Positions 1 through 19,934 of a DNA stretch of 64,000 nucleotides are shown piece after piece. Both the position numbers and the translations under genes were made by a program. Below the pieces are notes generated by a model. It was not told the origin of the DNA, made no database searches, and saw only the letters and a program-made list of their open reading frames with translations. The stretch covers positions 6,493,029-6,557,028 of the forward strand of contig CAVNZM010000016.1 in the NCBI GenBank assembly GCA_963693365.1. The letters are read 5' to 3'. Numbering within the stretch: position 1 is the first letter of the stretch; each line of letters starts with the position of its first letter. The DNA comes from Amoebidium appalachense. Its lineage: Eukaryota; Protista; Ichthyosporea.

Positions 1-15
1 CAGGGAGACTCCTAA

Positions 16-339
16 GGGGTTTACGCTATTTACTCGAGGCAAAGAGGACCATTCTCAGGACTCCTAAAAGGTCCCCCCGGAAGGATGCTCATGAAAATGA
101 TATTCAGATCCGTCATCTGGGAGTTGCTTGTGGCAACGGGCGCATGACAGAGTTCCGAATTTGAATTCTGTTGGCTCAACCAATCGGAAGCCGCCCTCAG
201 ATTTGCAAATTGTAAATTTTGTGGCCCAGGGTGTGAAACGTCATGTTTATCCGAGGGAAAGAGACACAAAAGGAAGGGGAGAATGTCTAATAATGGGATT
301 CAAGATTCAAAACCCACAGTTTTTTTTTTTTTCTTTTTT
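16..339 (+). repeat. Diverged member of the short oligo(T)-ended element family that shares the RT 5' leader
   Basis: Starts GGGGTTTACGCTATTTACTCGAGGCAAAGAGGACCATTCTCAGG, matching 6055 and 23666. Ends GAGACAC...GGAGAA...TGGGATT plus a T-run, resembling the 3' end of those copies. Confidence 0.55.
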
Positions 340-490
340 ATACAAGCACAAGGCCATCTATAGGTGTAGCTTAGTAGGTTGGGGGGAAAATTTTTTAAAT
401 AAAGCAGGCAAGGCAAGGCCGGCCGCTTAATTGACCAATTTCAGATCCATAATTGATCGGCGGCCAATCGAAAGTTGGGCTTAGATCTAC

Positions 491-1775
491 TGTGACGTAG
501 ATATACATCGAGTCACCCCAGACACGGAAGCCCCCCAGATCAATAAACATCACGATGTAAATGGGGCTTCCGGGACCTGGCGTCCTCAGTCTTTTCCTTG
601 TCCAAAACATATTTCTTGTCAACGAAAGCTGTGACCATCCGTCCCCCATCCGACTTTCATCCGTGTTCCAATTCATATTCCCATCACATTTCGATGTCGC
701 ATGGTAGCAGAAAAGGAAGGTCTCCCTCGGGAGTATCTTAACCAGGTAAACACGCTTCCACACGCGCGCTCTGCTAGCATGCTACGATAGCTCATTTTTA
801 CGGACGGATGGTCGCAGCAGTCCACGGATAACTACGGATACACGAGGATGCATTTGCTTACTTATTCGGACGTCGCCCCGCAATGAGGCCATTTTTTTGC
901 AACAGCCATATCATTTTTCATATTGTAGCACACACAACTCGGTTTTCGCACCAGCCCATTTCTCATGAGCGCATCATCTTTTCCCATTTTCCACACACGA
1001 CCACAGTGATCGGCAAGTTTTGGTCCTGATACTTTGTGCGTATAAGCAAAGCACGAGAAACGCCACCCCCGTGTGCTGCTAATCCCGCATAGTAATGGGT
1101 GCCGGCCAGACACTAAGCCCAGCACACGTTTGCCGGAGGGTGTGAGTCTCGGACTTTGCTTGTGCCCACATGGTGGTTAAGATCACTACCTGACGATCAC
1201 TAGAAACGTGTGTTTTCCTTCAGTCTGAACAGCCGTCGTTTGCGCAAACTACGTCAATTTACCCAATCACGATATATTTCAACATGTACATCCGGAAGAT
1301 CTATGTCTGCTTCTCGCTCTTGCTCGCCTCTGCTTACATGTTTTGCTTTATGTTTTGTACCCACGTGAGGTCATCCTCAGAGGCACTGCAGCCCGCCCAC
1401 GTGTGGTTAGGGGATGGTTTGGAGGTTTGCCTGTCCCTGACATATACACTGTGACGCCCCCCCCCCACCCCTAGTATGCATCCACATGCTTATATGTTTG
1501 CACCCACGTACTAGCCCTATCCATGTGTGAGGACACACACTATCCTTCTCTTGTGCGCTTAGCATGTGACGTAGATATACATCGAGTCACCCCAGACACG
1601 GAAGCCCCCCAGATCAATAAACATCACGATGTAAATGGGGCTTCCGGGACCTGGCGTCCTCAGTCTTTTCCTTGTCCAAAACATATTTCTTGTCAACGAA
1701 AGCTGTGACCATCCGTCTCCCATCCAACTTTCATCCGTGTTCAAATTCATATTCCCATCACATTTCGATGTCGCA
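491..1775 (+). mobile_element. Non-autonomous mini LTR retrotransposon (TRIM-like)
   Basis: Two 211-bp LTRs (491-701, 1565-1775), each TGTGAC...GTCGCA (TG..CA), with about 3 differences by eye. 4-bp TSD CTAC at 487-490 and 1776-1779. PBS TGGTAGCAGA (initiator-Met tRNA type) at 702-711. No recognisable gag/pol ORF inside and no clear PPT. Confidence 0.85.
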
Positions 1776-1858
1776 CTACTATGTAGGTCATAGTCCAAAG
1801 TCATTTAAAGTACATAAAGTCCAAAAATACAATAGAAAACAGGCTTTGCGTGTAAAAT

Positions 1859-2110
1859 TAAAAAGTTGATAGAGGAAAAAAAGCGTTAAGTTGATATAAG
1901 CAACATATGGTGTTTGACCCCTCCTTCATGGTCAAAACAGGCTAAGACCACGATCACAGCGGCCCAGAGGCATATTCGGGTGAGCCCAGGTCGCTACCGG
2001 CCTGGGCCCAAATCCACGCGGTTCTTGCCTGTTTTGACAGTGAAGGCGGCCTCGAACACCTGTAGTTACTTATATCAACTTTGCGCGTTTTTATATTTAC
2101 CAACTTTTTA
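1859..2110. mobile_element. MITE-like element with imperfect ~60-bp terminal inverted repeats
   Basis: TAAAAAGTTG...AAGTTGATATAAGCAAC..GGTGTTTGA (1859-1918) is inverted to TCGAACACC..GTTACTTATATCAACTT...CAACTTTTTA (2052-2110). TA at both ends. Confidence 0.5.
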
Positions 2111-2472
2111 CTTAGAGCACCAGACCCTCTTTTTTTAAGTACATAAAATCGGTCGTAACTTGACTTTCAACAGTTCGATCAAAGTATTTTTATTTGGCCC
2201 AGATTCTAAGCCCAACTTTTTGACCCAATTAGATCTGAGATTGGTCAATTGACGATTCTGAACACCGCGTTCAAGCCCACGGCCATCTAGTGGTGTTTCT
2301 AGATGGCCGTGGTTCAAGCCCTGTATTGAAATAGCTTTATTTGGGTATAGCACTTTGATTGGCTTAGAAAGCACCCAACGGAATGTTGCACGTGTCTCCC
2401 CTGTGAAAAACGGATACCCTACAGTACGGCTGGCGCTGCTGCTGTACCTGATTGAAAGAAAAGATTTGATAA

Positions 2473-2636
2473 TTAATCATGAAGATGCATATATTTTGGA
2501 GAAGGCCGATTGTCTAACCCACGGCAGTCGCAACATCGACCACGTTGCAAAATCTTAATCATGAAGATGCATATATTTTGGAGAAGGCCGATTGTCTAAC
2601 CCACGGCAGTCGCAACATCGACCACGTTGCAAAATC
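2473..2636. repeat. Tandem duplication, 82-bp unit x2
   Basis: TTAATCATGAAGATGCATATATTTTGGAGAAGG...GTTGCAAAATC repeated at 2473 and 2555. Confidence 0.85.
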
Positions 2637-3458
2637 GTTTCAGGAGATCTGGGCGGAAGATGATCTGTTGAACCAAGCGCTAGCGTGGGAACGAGGCCCG
2701 TCGCTCCTACCTCTGTACCAGTGTAAAAAGGGCACCAATGAAGAGCAAATATATGAATACGGTTACCTAACCGTGTGCCAAAAAAGTTACACAGTCATCC
2801 GAGGCTACATTATAATATTCGCTGGGCCAATCCTTGCCCATTTTCAGTTGAAATGCTTCATTGTTCTCATCATCATCTTGCGAGTGTAGGTGGTAGGGGC
2901 CAGGGGGCCCGGATGAGCTAATAGCCTAGGAGCTCGAGGATGGGGGGGAGCGAGTTGGCGAGTGGATATTCCGCAGCCTTCTGACTAGAGCCCCCCCCCC
3001 TCCCCCCTGCCCTTTTCTCTGAAACCAACCTCAAACCCCCCCCCCCATTATTTCGGTCACCCCCCCCCCCCCCCCCCTCCCCTCTCCTCTTCCTTCCCGC
3101 CTCACCCCCCTCCCCCCCCCCCCCTCCCCCCCTCTCCCCAGCGCCCCGCCAAGCCCCAATAATAGTACGCTGAAATACGAAAAGAAAAAAAAAAACCTGT
3201 TCGTGTGGTGGCGGTGGTGGTGGTGGGGGGGCAGGGTGAGGGGAGGGGAGGCGGGGAGGATTCGAAGGGTGCATAGATCCGCAACTCTGAAATAGTTTTT
3301 CCCGCACGCGGACCTGTGACACAGTGACTAGCACAATATGCTATATGGGTGATACGTTGCATGCAAAGTTTGTTTGTGGGGCATGTTGCAGCACCCGTGC
3401 ACACAATTAATTGGCTTGGTGACACACGGCCTTTTGAGTTTGATGGGAAAAGGAGGAA

Positions 3459-3492
<34 letters not shown>

Positions 3493-4459
3493 AGGGGGAG
3501 GCACAGTGGAATCCGAAAACAGGAAGATCCCCCACGCTGGCACCCCCCTTCCCCACCCACAGAGGAAACGGACACTCAGACCAACATGCCCAGGAATTGG
3601 GAGGGGGGGGGGGGGCTGCTTGTGAGGGTCCCCTCCCCTCCTCAAGCTAACTGTATGGGTGCCCCCCCCCCCCCCAGCAGGCCCCACACACACACAACTA
3701 TTTGGTAGGCATCTAGATCCGCAAAAGAAAAATAACTCTGTTTTTTGCTGAATAATACTCGTTTTTTTGCTGATAGTTCTGCGGTCGAAAGCAGAATCAT
3801 TCTGTATCTTGCGGAATAATTCTGCTTCTGCAGAATAATTCTGCTTTTTGCAAGTTGACTCAGCCGATGTGGTTGGGCCCTGGAAAGGGCGGCGGAAAGG
3901 GGGGGGGGGGGGGGGGAGGGGGTTAAAAAAGTGCTCTGTTGTGGTTATGTATAGGCAGTGCATTTGTGTTGAACAGTTGCCATAATTACCAGGGTTCTCC
4001 ATCGTGGTTTAGTGTCGGCAAAGCCAGGTTGGGTATGTGACTTAGTACACAAAGACATAATATTAATACATTCATGGTTTTTTTTTATCACGAAAAGTTT
4101 GTTCCCGAAGGACCTTTGCAGGCACTCGAGGGAACGACCGTCTACCACACAGCACCGACAATACACTAATATTAGGGTGCTATCTATGTGCTCAGCTAAG
4201 CTAAACCATCATTCACAAACCTAACTATTAGCTAGTGCAGGCTTTGCCCAGGGTTACTCACCCAGCCTGCATTCATGTTCGTAAGTTGTGATGCACTTTC
4301 GAAAGAAGCTAAGCGATCAATACAAACAATAGTCTCAGAGCGAAAAGGAAGTTTTAATAGAAAGACGGGTGATGCCTCACAGGAGGCAATTGTAATTTTC
4401 CAAGTGTCTACGGTAACCACATGCCGTATAACAGTCACTGTGATGTCGTGGGCCTGAAA

Positions 4460-4563
4460 GAAAAGAAGCAACGAAGCAACGAACAAAACCATTGTGTGAA
4501 TGAGAGTGCGTGGGTGTGGGCACGTGGGGTAGGTGGGTGGGTGGGTGTGAGTGGGGTGGGTGT

Positions 4564-4598
<35 letters not shown>

Positions 4599-5319
4599 AG
4601 AGGGGGGGGGGGAGAGGGGGTGATGTGGGGTAGGGGGGGGGGGAGGGGGGGAAGGAAGGAATAAACACAGAGAAGCAAAGACTGTAGAAAAGAAGTGAAG
4701 AACCAGAGAGACAACGAATGAATGACCTGCAGGGGGAGGGGGGAAGGGGGGAGGGGGGAAGAGGAATGGAAGAGGATGCAAGCAAAAAAGCAAAGATTAC
4801 TGTATATTATTAGTCTGAAGCAAAGGAGCAACTTAACACAATCTTCCTGGGAGCTCGGGGGGGAGCAAACGAGCAAAGAAGAAGCCAAAAGGCAAAGAAG
4901 CAACGAACGAAAAGACTGTGTGTGGGGGTATTTTTTTGGGGGGGGGGGAGGGGGGAATAGGTGAGGGAGTACCCGGGGGGGGGGGGGGGGGGGGGGGGGA
5001 GGAGGGGGGGAGGAGGGGGGTGTTGAAGGAGGGCGAGGAGCAACGGGAGGGAATAAAAGCAAAGAAACAAAAAAGCAACGAAGCAACCAGGCCAAGATGC
5101 AACGAAGCAACGAACGAAAGATTTGCCAATGCGTGTTGTGTATTTGGGAGGGGAGGGGAGGGGGGGAGGGGGGGGAGGGGGGGGGGGGGGGGGAGGAGGG
5201 GGGGGGGGGGGGGGGGGGGGGGACCAAACCAAAGAAGTAACGTTGAAAGAATCAAGAAGCAACGAAGCAACGATTCAAGCAAGGAAGCGCATTTTTTTTT
5301 TTTGAAAAGGGGAAGGGGG

Positions 5320-5365
<46 letters not shown>

Positions 5366-5545
5366 TGAAAACGGGGATATGTAAAAAAGCATAGAACGTG
5401 TAAGCAAAGAAGTTCTAAGCAGTTTTGGGGGGTGGGGGTGGGGGTGGGGGGGGGGGGGGGGGACAGGGTCGGGGGGGGGGGGGGGGGGGGGGGGGGTTGC
5501 AAAAACAGAAGCAAAGAAGCAGAGAAGCAAAGAAAGGAAGAAGCA
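4460..5545. repeat. Degenerate satellite of GAAGCAA(C/A) units alternating with poly(G) runs
   Basis: GAAGCAACGAAGCAACGAAC-type units near 4465, 4897, 5074, 5100, 5256 and 5508, each block separated by long G tracts. Confidence 0.6.
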
Positions 5546-6054
5546 TACTTAAAGAAGAATGCATATGAAAACGAGGTCTGATGTGTGGAGGTGATTTTTT
5601 TTTTTTGGAGGGGGGGGGGGGGGGGAGGGGGAGGGGGGGGGGGGGTGTACATGTGTTTGGGGGGGGGGGGGGGGGGGGGAGGGGGGAGGGGAGGGGCAAA
5701 GGAAGCAAATAAGCAAAAAGTAAAAGGGCGAAAAGGTTGTGTGGGTGCGTGATGTGAGGGAGGGGACTGAATCGTCCGGTGGAGTAACTCAGGGGTGACC
5801 ACCGACCAGCCGTTCCGAGCTTTCCGTAATTACCCTTTAAAATTCCGTCGATTTTGATCAGCTATCCGGCTATTATGCTGATACCTCCTCGGCCTATTAG
5901 CCATCAAGCGGGCAACTTATGCTCTCGCCCATTCAATGTGTAAACCTAACTAGCTGTTTTTCTTCTTGGTTGTTTAGGGTGCTTCATTGAGTATGAAAAA
6001 GCCCGGATGGGACAGCATCACCGTTCTACATATGTATGCACCTGATGATCTGAT

Positions 6055-6250
6055 GGGGTTTACGCTGTTTACTCGAGGCAAAGAGAACCAGTCTCAGGTA
6101 TGGGGGGGGGGGGTTTTGCTCGGAATATCCCCTCAGCGGTATATCATGATCACGTACATAGATGTCGGGTGGTGACTATATATCAGGGTTTACTTTCTCT
6201 ACGAGACACCATAAAGACTACAAGGAGAAATCAATTAGTTGGGGTTCCCC

Positions 6251-6296
<46 letters not shown>
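6055..6296 (+). repeat. Short (~200 nt) oligo(T)-ended element (SINE/ncRNA-like) sharing the RT 5' leader
   Basis: Near-identical to 23666-23879. Ends in the palindrome GGGGTTCCCC followed by a T-run (6252-6296). Confidence 0.75.
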
Positions 6297-6300
<4 letters not shown>

Positions 6301-6332
6301 GGGCTCCCCTCGGGACACTCGGTATCAGCTGG

Positions 6333-6385
<53 letters not shown>

Positions 6386-8923
6386 TGTGTGTGTGTGCGC
6401 GTGCGCTATAATTTTGTAGTGATGTGTTTCTCAAGCCAATCAATACATCTAATAAACAGGTCGTAGTTACGCGTGTTTAGTATAAAATCAAGGATGTTGT
6501 AATTTACAGGTAGGCTATCTTTCTGGGTGTCTGTTGTGAATGTGACGTGTGTGTGTTGCGGTATTATGTGGTCTATCAAACTACATTTGGCGATACATGA
6601 CCGGTTAAACTGGTGTGTGTGTGTGTTGTTTGGGCATGCAAATGATGCCACCTTATACTTATTAGATCTCCACTGTATAGCACGTGTACAGTAAAAGCGT
6701 GGTAATTGATCAATAATACCATCAGCTAGAGAAAGACCAGTTCTACAGGAAGGTAATATGTATTTAGGTGTTATACACTTGCGAGTGCCATATTTGGCAA
6801 TATGGTTGAGGCGGTCAGTATATATAAAACGAGACATAAGGCTTAGTTTTTCAAGGTGTATGCTTTCATCGGGTCTAGTGTCGTGTGGTATCTTTTTCCA
6901 TTTGTTATATTGCGTGATTATCTTGTGATTGTGTACATGTTTAATAAGTAAGTGGCAGTCCAAAGTCACACACACACTATTGCGGGGTTTATTTGTATTT
7001 GTGCCCAGGGGAGAAGGGGAGAGAGAGGGGAGGAAAGAGGGGAGAGGTGAGGAGGGGACAGGTCGGATAGAGAAGAGAGGGTGGGAGGGCAAATACTTCT
7101 TTAAGCGGCTTATGTGCTTATTGAATTTCAGCGCGAGATAGGATACTCTAGCAGCTATTGGGACCAGACCATATATCGAGAGCGTTACAGGCCCAGGTTT
7201 ACAACAGTTGTTAGATAGAAAGGAGGCAACTTCTGCTTCAAGGAAATTTGCCAAGGGTTTAAGCGCTCTAGTTCTCTCTTTCTTGATCCAAGCGGCGAGA
7301 AGGGGTAAACCATATTCACATGCCGGGAAGACAAAAGTGCGAATAAATGTAAGTCTAATAGAAGGATGGAGGGGTGTGTCTTTAAAAATATTAGCCGAGA
7401 AGAAAGCTAACCGCTTACGAGCCAACTCTACCCTCTTTTCGACCATATGGGGAAACATAACACCAACAGAATCAACCGGAACACCAAGATATTTGTATTC
7501 TGGAACTATAGGTACAGGTTTAGATGATAATGTAAATGTGTGTAAATTGTTAGCTATATCAGGTACAAGAACACCACATTTGTCTATGTTAAGGATCATA
7601 AGGTTTGCCTTGCACCACTCTGACACTACATCGAACAATCTTTGCAGGCGTCTAGGGGTACGGGCAAGGAGGGACAGATCATCAGCATAGAGAAGTGCAG
7701 GCGGAAAGTTATTAATAGGGTCATCGTTTTCGGCGTAAATCTTGACAGCCAAATCATCTATAAATAGGTTAAACAAAAAGGGGCTAAGCAATGAACCCTG
7801 CAAGAGACCTCTAGTACGAGCAAAACCATATGAAAGATGCCCATTAACCACAGCTCTACCATAGGTTTGAGACAAGAGTGCTTCTAACAGAACACCAATG
7901 CAGTGTGGTACACCCCGTGCAGCAAGCTTTTCCCATAGGAGACCAGGGGAGACAGAATCGTAAGCAGTTTTCCAATCAATAAAGCCAACATATTGTGCAC
8001 CAACTTGCATAGAATCGTGCAGTGCCATTATTTGAACATAACATGAATTGTTTTTACGAAAAGCGGATTGGCATGGGTGTATGTGAAGAATAGATTGAAA
8101 CCTAGGGTGATGTGCAAATAACCTAAGTAAGCAAGCTTCAAAGAATCTACGAACAACCTGGGTTAGTGTAATGGGGCGAAAGGATGATATGGGGCCCTCA
8201 GAGTCCTTCTTAACTATGGGGATCACTAAGGTATCTAACCAAGATGACGGGACATGTCCACATTTAACACACCAAGAAAAGAGAGAGCTTAACATGATAG
8301 TAAGATCAGGTTTAATAGCACGATCACTTTCCTTTTGTGGGTAGGAGGGAACAAGGATTTTAAGAAACCCAGCAGGGAGTCCATCAGGTCCACAAGACTT
8401 ACTAGAGCTATAACTAGATATCACAGACCATATGGCATCGGGACTGAAAAAGGGGAGGATCGATTCTATGGGGATAGATGGGTCTACAGGCCACACAATA
8501 GGTTTCTGAGCGGGGGTCCTATCTTTAAACAGTTCCGAGAAATACTTATCAGAGTCTATGAGGGGGTCTCCAGTGGTATCACCAATAATACGAGCAGGGG
8601 GGCCAAATCGATTCATACTAGCAAGCCGGCGCAAGCTTTCCTTTTGAGACAGGGGTTCACCTAGTCTAGCGGGAGTGGTGTTTGGTAACAAGAGAGCATC
8701 GGGGTATTCCTTCCTACCACCGCCAGCATAATCACCGAGATCTATCAAATCATCAACAATAAAGTTAGTGCATGTATCTAGTACGAGATGTGAATCTGGC
8801 CTGGCTTGTGCAGATTCTAATAGGCGCATATATATAGGGGTTAGGGTTTAGATCAATCCCTCCATACCTGAGCCTCTTAGACTGGTCTCTCTATTATGCG
8901 CCCCGAGCAAACAGCGTCATCCC
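6252..8923 (-). mobile_element. Non-LTR retroelement (~2.7 kb): leader, single RT ORF, (CA)n 3' UTR, poly(A) tail
   Basis: RT ORF 8829-6406, followed on the minus strand by (CA)n (~6334-6396), a short unique segment and an A-run (6296-6252). The 5' boundary is inferred from leader homology at 8858-8923. No TSD found. Confidence 0.7.
6406..8829 (-). CDS. Non-LTR (LINE-type) reverse transcriptase, 807 aa, no recognisable endonuclease domain
   Basis: RT motifs KSCGPDGL, FRPITLT, QSAFRK, FIDWKTAYDSV, RGLLQGSLLSPFLFNLFIDDL, LLYADDL, LNIDKC, YKYLGV. C-terminal Cys/His knuckle-like FACP..THQFNRSCIAKC. Uninterrupted and intronless. Confidence 0.93.
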   Translation of the reverse strand: MRLLESAQARPDSHLVLDTCTNFIVDDLIDLGDYAGGGRKEYPDALLLPNTTPARLGEPLSQKESLRRLASMNRFGPPARIIGDTTGDPLIDSDKYFSELFKDRTPAQKPIVWPVDPSIPIESILPFFSPDAIWSVISSYSSSKSCGPDGLPAGFLKILVPSYPQKESDRAIKPDLTIMLSSLFSWCVKCGHVPSSWLDTLVIPIVKKDSEGPISSFRPITLTQVVRRFFEACLLRLFAHHPRFQSILHIHPCQSAFRKNNSCYVQIMALHDSMQVGAQYVGFIDWKTAYDSVSPGLLWEKLAARGVPHCIGVLLEALLSQTYGRAVVNGHLSYGFARTRGLLQGSLLSPFLFNLFIDDLAVKIYAENDDPINNFPPALLYADDLSLLARTPRRLQRLFDVVSEWCKANLMILNIDKCGVLVPDIANNLHTFTLSSKPVPIVPEYKYLGVPVDSVGVMFPHMVEKRVELARKRLAFFSANIFKDTPLHPSIRLTFIRTFVFPACEYGLPLLAAWIKKERTRALKPLANFLEAEVASFLSNNCCKPGPVTLSIYGLVPIAARVSYLALKFNKHISRLKKYLPSHPLFSIRPVPSSPLPSFLPSLSPSPLGTNTNKPRNSVCVTLDCHLLIKHVHNHKIITQYNKWKKIPHDTRPDESIHLEKLSLMSRFIYTDRLNHIAKYGTRKCITPKYILPSCRTGLSLADGIIDQLPRFYCTRAIQWRSNKYKVASFACPNNTHTHQFNRSCIAKCSLIDHIIPQHTHVTFTTDTQKDSLPVNYNILDFILNTRNYDLFIRCIDWLEKHITTKL

Positions 8924-9474
8924 TCGTTGTGGGTTTGTGTGTTGTGGTCGCTGTAGGCGTCAAATAAACGAACTTACACAAAATACTGCTGGCTGCCTGT
9001 TTGATTATGTAAGGAATGTACTGATCGAAAGCCCGTTCTTTGCAGCAAATTATCCATCCAATCATGTTTGGGCTAATACATTCCTGCATCAGAATCATCT
9101 ACCAGCGTTAGCCATTTATAGCTACAAAGTGCATTCCTCAAAAAGACATGTGGCGTTGATTGGCCAGTTGTAAAACCAATGAAAATCATGGCGCCAAGTT
9201 ATTGGTTGAATAGAAACCAATAGATCTGACCAAACCTGGTCCTACGAGTACACTACGCGTGCACTGCCACGCACTGGTCTGCGAGTGGACCGGCCCCACG
9301 GCATATAAAACCTTCGGTGCCAAACATATTTACCTGGTTACTTTGCTATAAACCGAACCTTTTTCCTCAACACTTTGTTCTATCAATCATTATAGCAAAG
9401 TGTAAACGTACAATTGACGAGCGAAGATTATTCATTGTTAGGAGGCGTTTTTACGGCCCCGCAAAACACAGAAA

Positions 9475-17429
<7,955 letters not shown>

Positions 17430-18821
17430 AACACGGCTATTAAAATTCTAAAAGCACGCCTAATTCAATTAAATTATAATCTTATGTTTTAATGTTTAGG
17501 CTTTACTGCGGAAAAAAACTTGAATGGTTGCATAACATGCTCTTAGCTTTTGGACATACCAGTGTTCCGAATACGATAGTGTCTTTTGTTAACGCCCTGA
17601 AAAGGGGAATGTTTGGTAGCCCGCCTCCTTCCTTAGTTTTCGTTTTATTCTTTATTTAAACCCGTTCAGGAAAACTCTCTCTAGCACATTTTTCTGCATA
17701 ACATAAGAATGAGTACCAAAAAAACAGTTTATTGGTGCACTAGGGACTCACGAATGTTTTAGAATTACTAATCGTCCCGGAAAATGCACCACTGATAGCG
17801 GCACCACAACGTCTCGCTACCCCTCGATCCTGTTAACGCGATGAAAAAATATCCGAACGGTGTTCACTAAAAAAACTTCTTCTATTGGAATGTTAATTCG
17901 TTTCTGTTGCCTAAATTACAGACCTATGTGCTTTATTGCAAACACTAAATAGGGGAGAACTAGTGGTTTGCACATGGCTGCAGCCGTTTTTATAAAGCGC
18001 AAACCAAGCAAAACTTTTACATCATGTGAGGAAAAGACGTAAAGTGCAACGAAGGGGCGCGATGCGAAGGGCTGGAACCATTGGTGTACGTGAAAATCTC
18101 GTTTTTTTGTCTCGCCTTCTTTCTTTACTAAAGTCCCCCCCCCTCCCTCTCCTCCCCCCCCCCTCCCCCCTCCCCCCAAAGTTTTCCTTTTTCTTTTTTT
18201 CTTTTTTTTCGTGAGGGAAGGGGGGGGGGGGGGGAAGGAATGGGGGGGAGGGGGGGGGGGAGGAGATGCGGGAGGGAGGGGACGGGACGGGGCGCCGGGG
18301 GGGGGGGGGGGGGGGGGGGAGGGGGGGGGGGGGGGGGGGAGGCTGAGGGAGAGTCAATAATTAGTATACACGCGCTGGGCAGTGACGCCAAAATGGAGTG
18401 CTCGAACGAGTCAATTAATGACGGGCAGGATGACTTAAACCAGAAAGCTAGATAAAAAACTTTGGAACCAAAAACATTTTTCGGTTAACCCTAATTTAGT
18501 TATGATATTTCTTAAGTCGAAGTATTATATTGTAATATAGATGCCGTAGCTGAAAAAACGTTTGCTATCCAAGCAACACCCATCATCCATATACAGTACA
18601 TGATATAGCATTGATTGAATATACCGAGCAACACCCCCCCCCGGGGCCCCTCCCACACACACACACACACGCACGCACACACAGCTGCCTCGAGTACATG
18701 CCAATCCAGTTAAGGCACAATCACTTCAAGTGACTCTCACAATGCAACGTTGAGGGCTTTGTCCTTCAACAGCCCCTCCCCCTTCCCCTTATCCCCCCTC
18801 CCCCCCCCCCCCGGCGCCACC

Positions 18822-18871
<50 letters not shown>

Positions 18872-19046
18872 ACCACCACCACCACCACCACCACCATCCA
18901 TCCACACACACACATCTTGAAATTCTTTATCAATATTCCCATCCAGCCCCTCATTTCCCTGCCAGCAACCCCGATACTAACAATAGCAACAACACCTTTG
19001 GAAAACAAACACAGAAGAATCTAGAGCAAAGGCCGAAAACACACGC

Positions 19047-19077
<31 letters not shown>

Positions 19078-19770
19078 GGGGGGGGGGGGGGTTAAGGGGG
19101 GAAGAAGCAAGAAAAGGAAGAGGACAAGATATTATAGGCAAACACACCTCAGTACCACACCGCATCTGTCAGGCCTTTGCATGCGTTTCGATATCTTTTT
19201 TCAAAAGCATTCGTCCTAATCAATAGTTATAACCCCCCCCCCCCCCCCCCCTGCTTCCCCCCTAAAAGCTTTTGAGTCCCCCGTAAAGTTGTGTCCATGT
19301 GGTACTACCAATGTCCATATCAACATTTCCTTCCTCGGGAATTGGCAAGGGGTGTGGGGCAGATGGTGAGATGAGATTCTAGAGAGAGAGAAGGGCGAGG
19401 GGGCCGGGGGGAGGGAGGGGGGGGGGGGGGGAGGGGGAGACGGAAGGACAAAGGGAGAAAGGGTGTGGGTGGGTGGGTAAGAAATGGGGGAGGGGGGAGG
19501 AAGATTGTGTTGCGTGTGTGTGGGTGTGTGGGTGTGTGTGGGTGTGTGTGTGTGTGTGTGGGGGGGGGGGAGATGAGGGTGTTTCTTCCCGTTTTTATCT
19601 TTCTGGTCGTTGGTTTTCAGAACCTCTTTCTTCTTACACACACCCCCCCCCTCCCCCCTGCTTCCCTTTCTTTCTTTCTTTCTTTCTTTCTTTTCTTTTT
19701 CTTTTTTCTTTTCTTTTTCTTTTTCTTTTTCTTTTTCTTTTTCTTTTTTTTTTTTTTTTTGTGGGTGGGT

Positions 19771-19804
<34 letters not shown>

Positions 19805-19934
19805 GGGGGGGGGAGGGAGGGGAGGTGGGGGCGATTGTATCCGCTCTTTTTATCATTCAACGACGAATTCTTATTTCCGATGTGCACACCGTACACTGGT
19901 GAGTGTCTCGATGCCAAAAGTACCAATTGCACAT

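Noticed and set aside
2355-2889. Two short ORFs sharing NHEDAYILEKADCLTHGSRNIDHVAKS
   Set aside because: A product of the 82-bp tandem duplication. No recognisable domain.
6929-7690. Plus-strand ORFs inside the RT
   Set aside because: Antisense shadows of the RT ORF with no motifs.
8837-8850. GGGGTTAGGGTTTA as an interstitial telomere
   Set aside because: Only about two imperfect units; too short to call.
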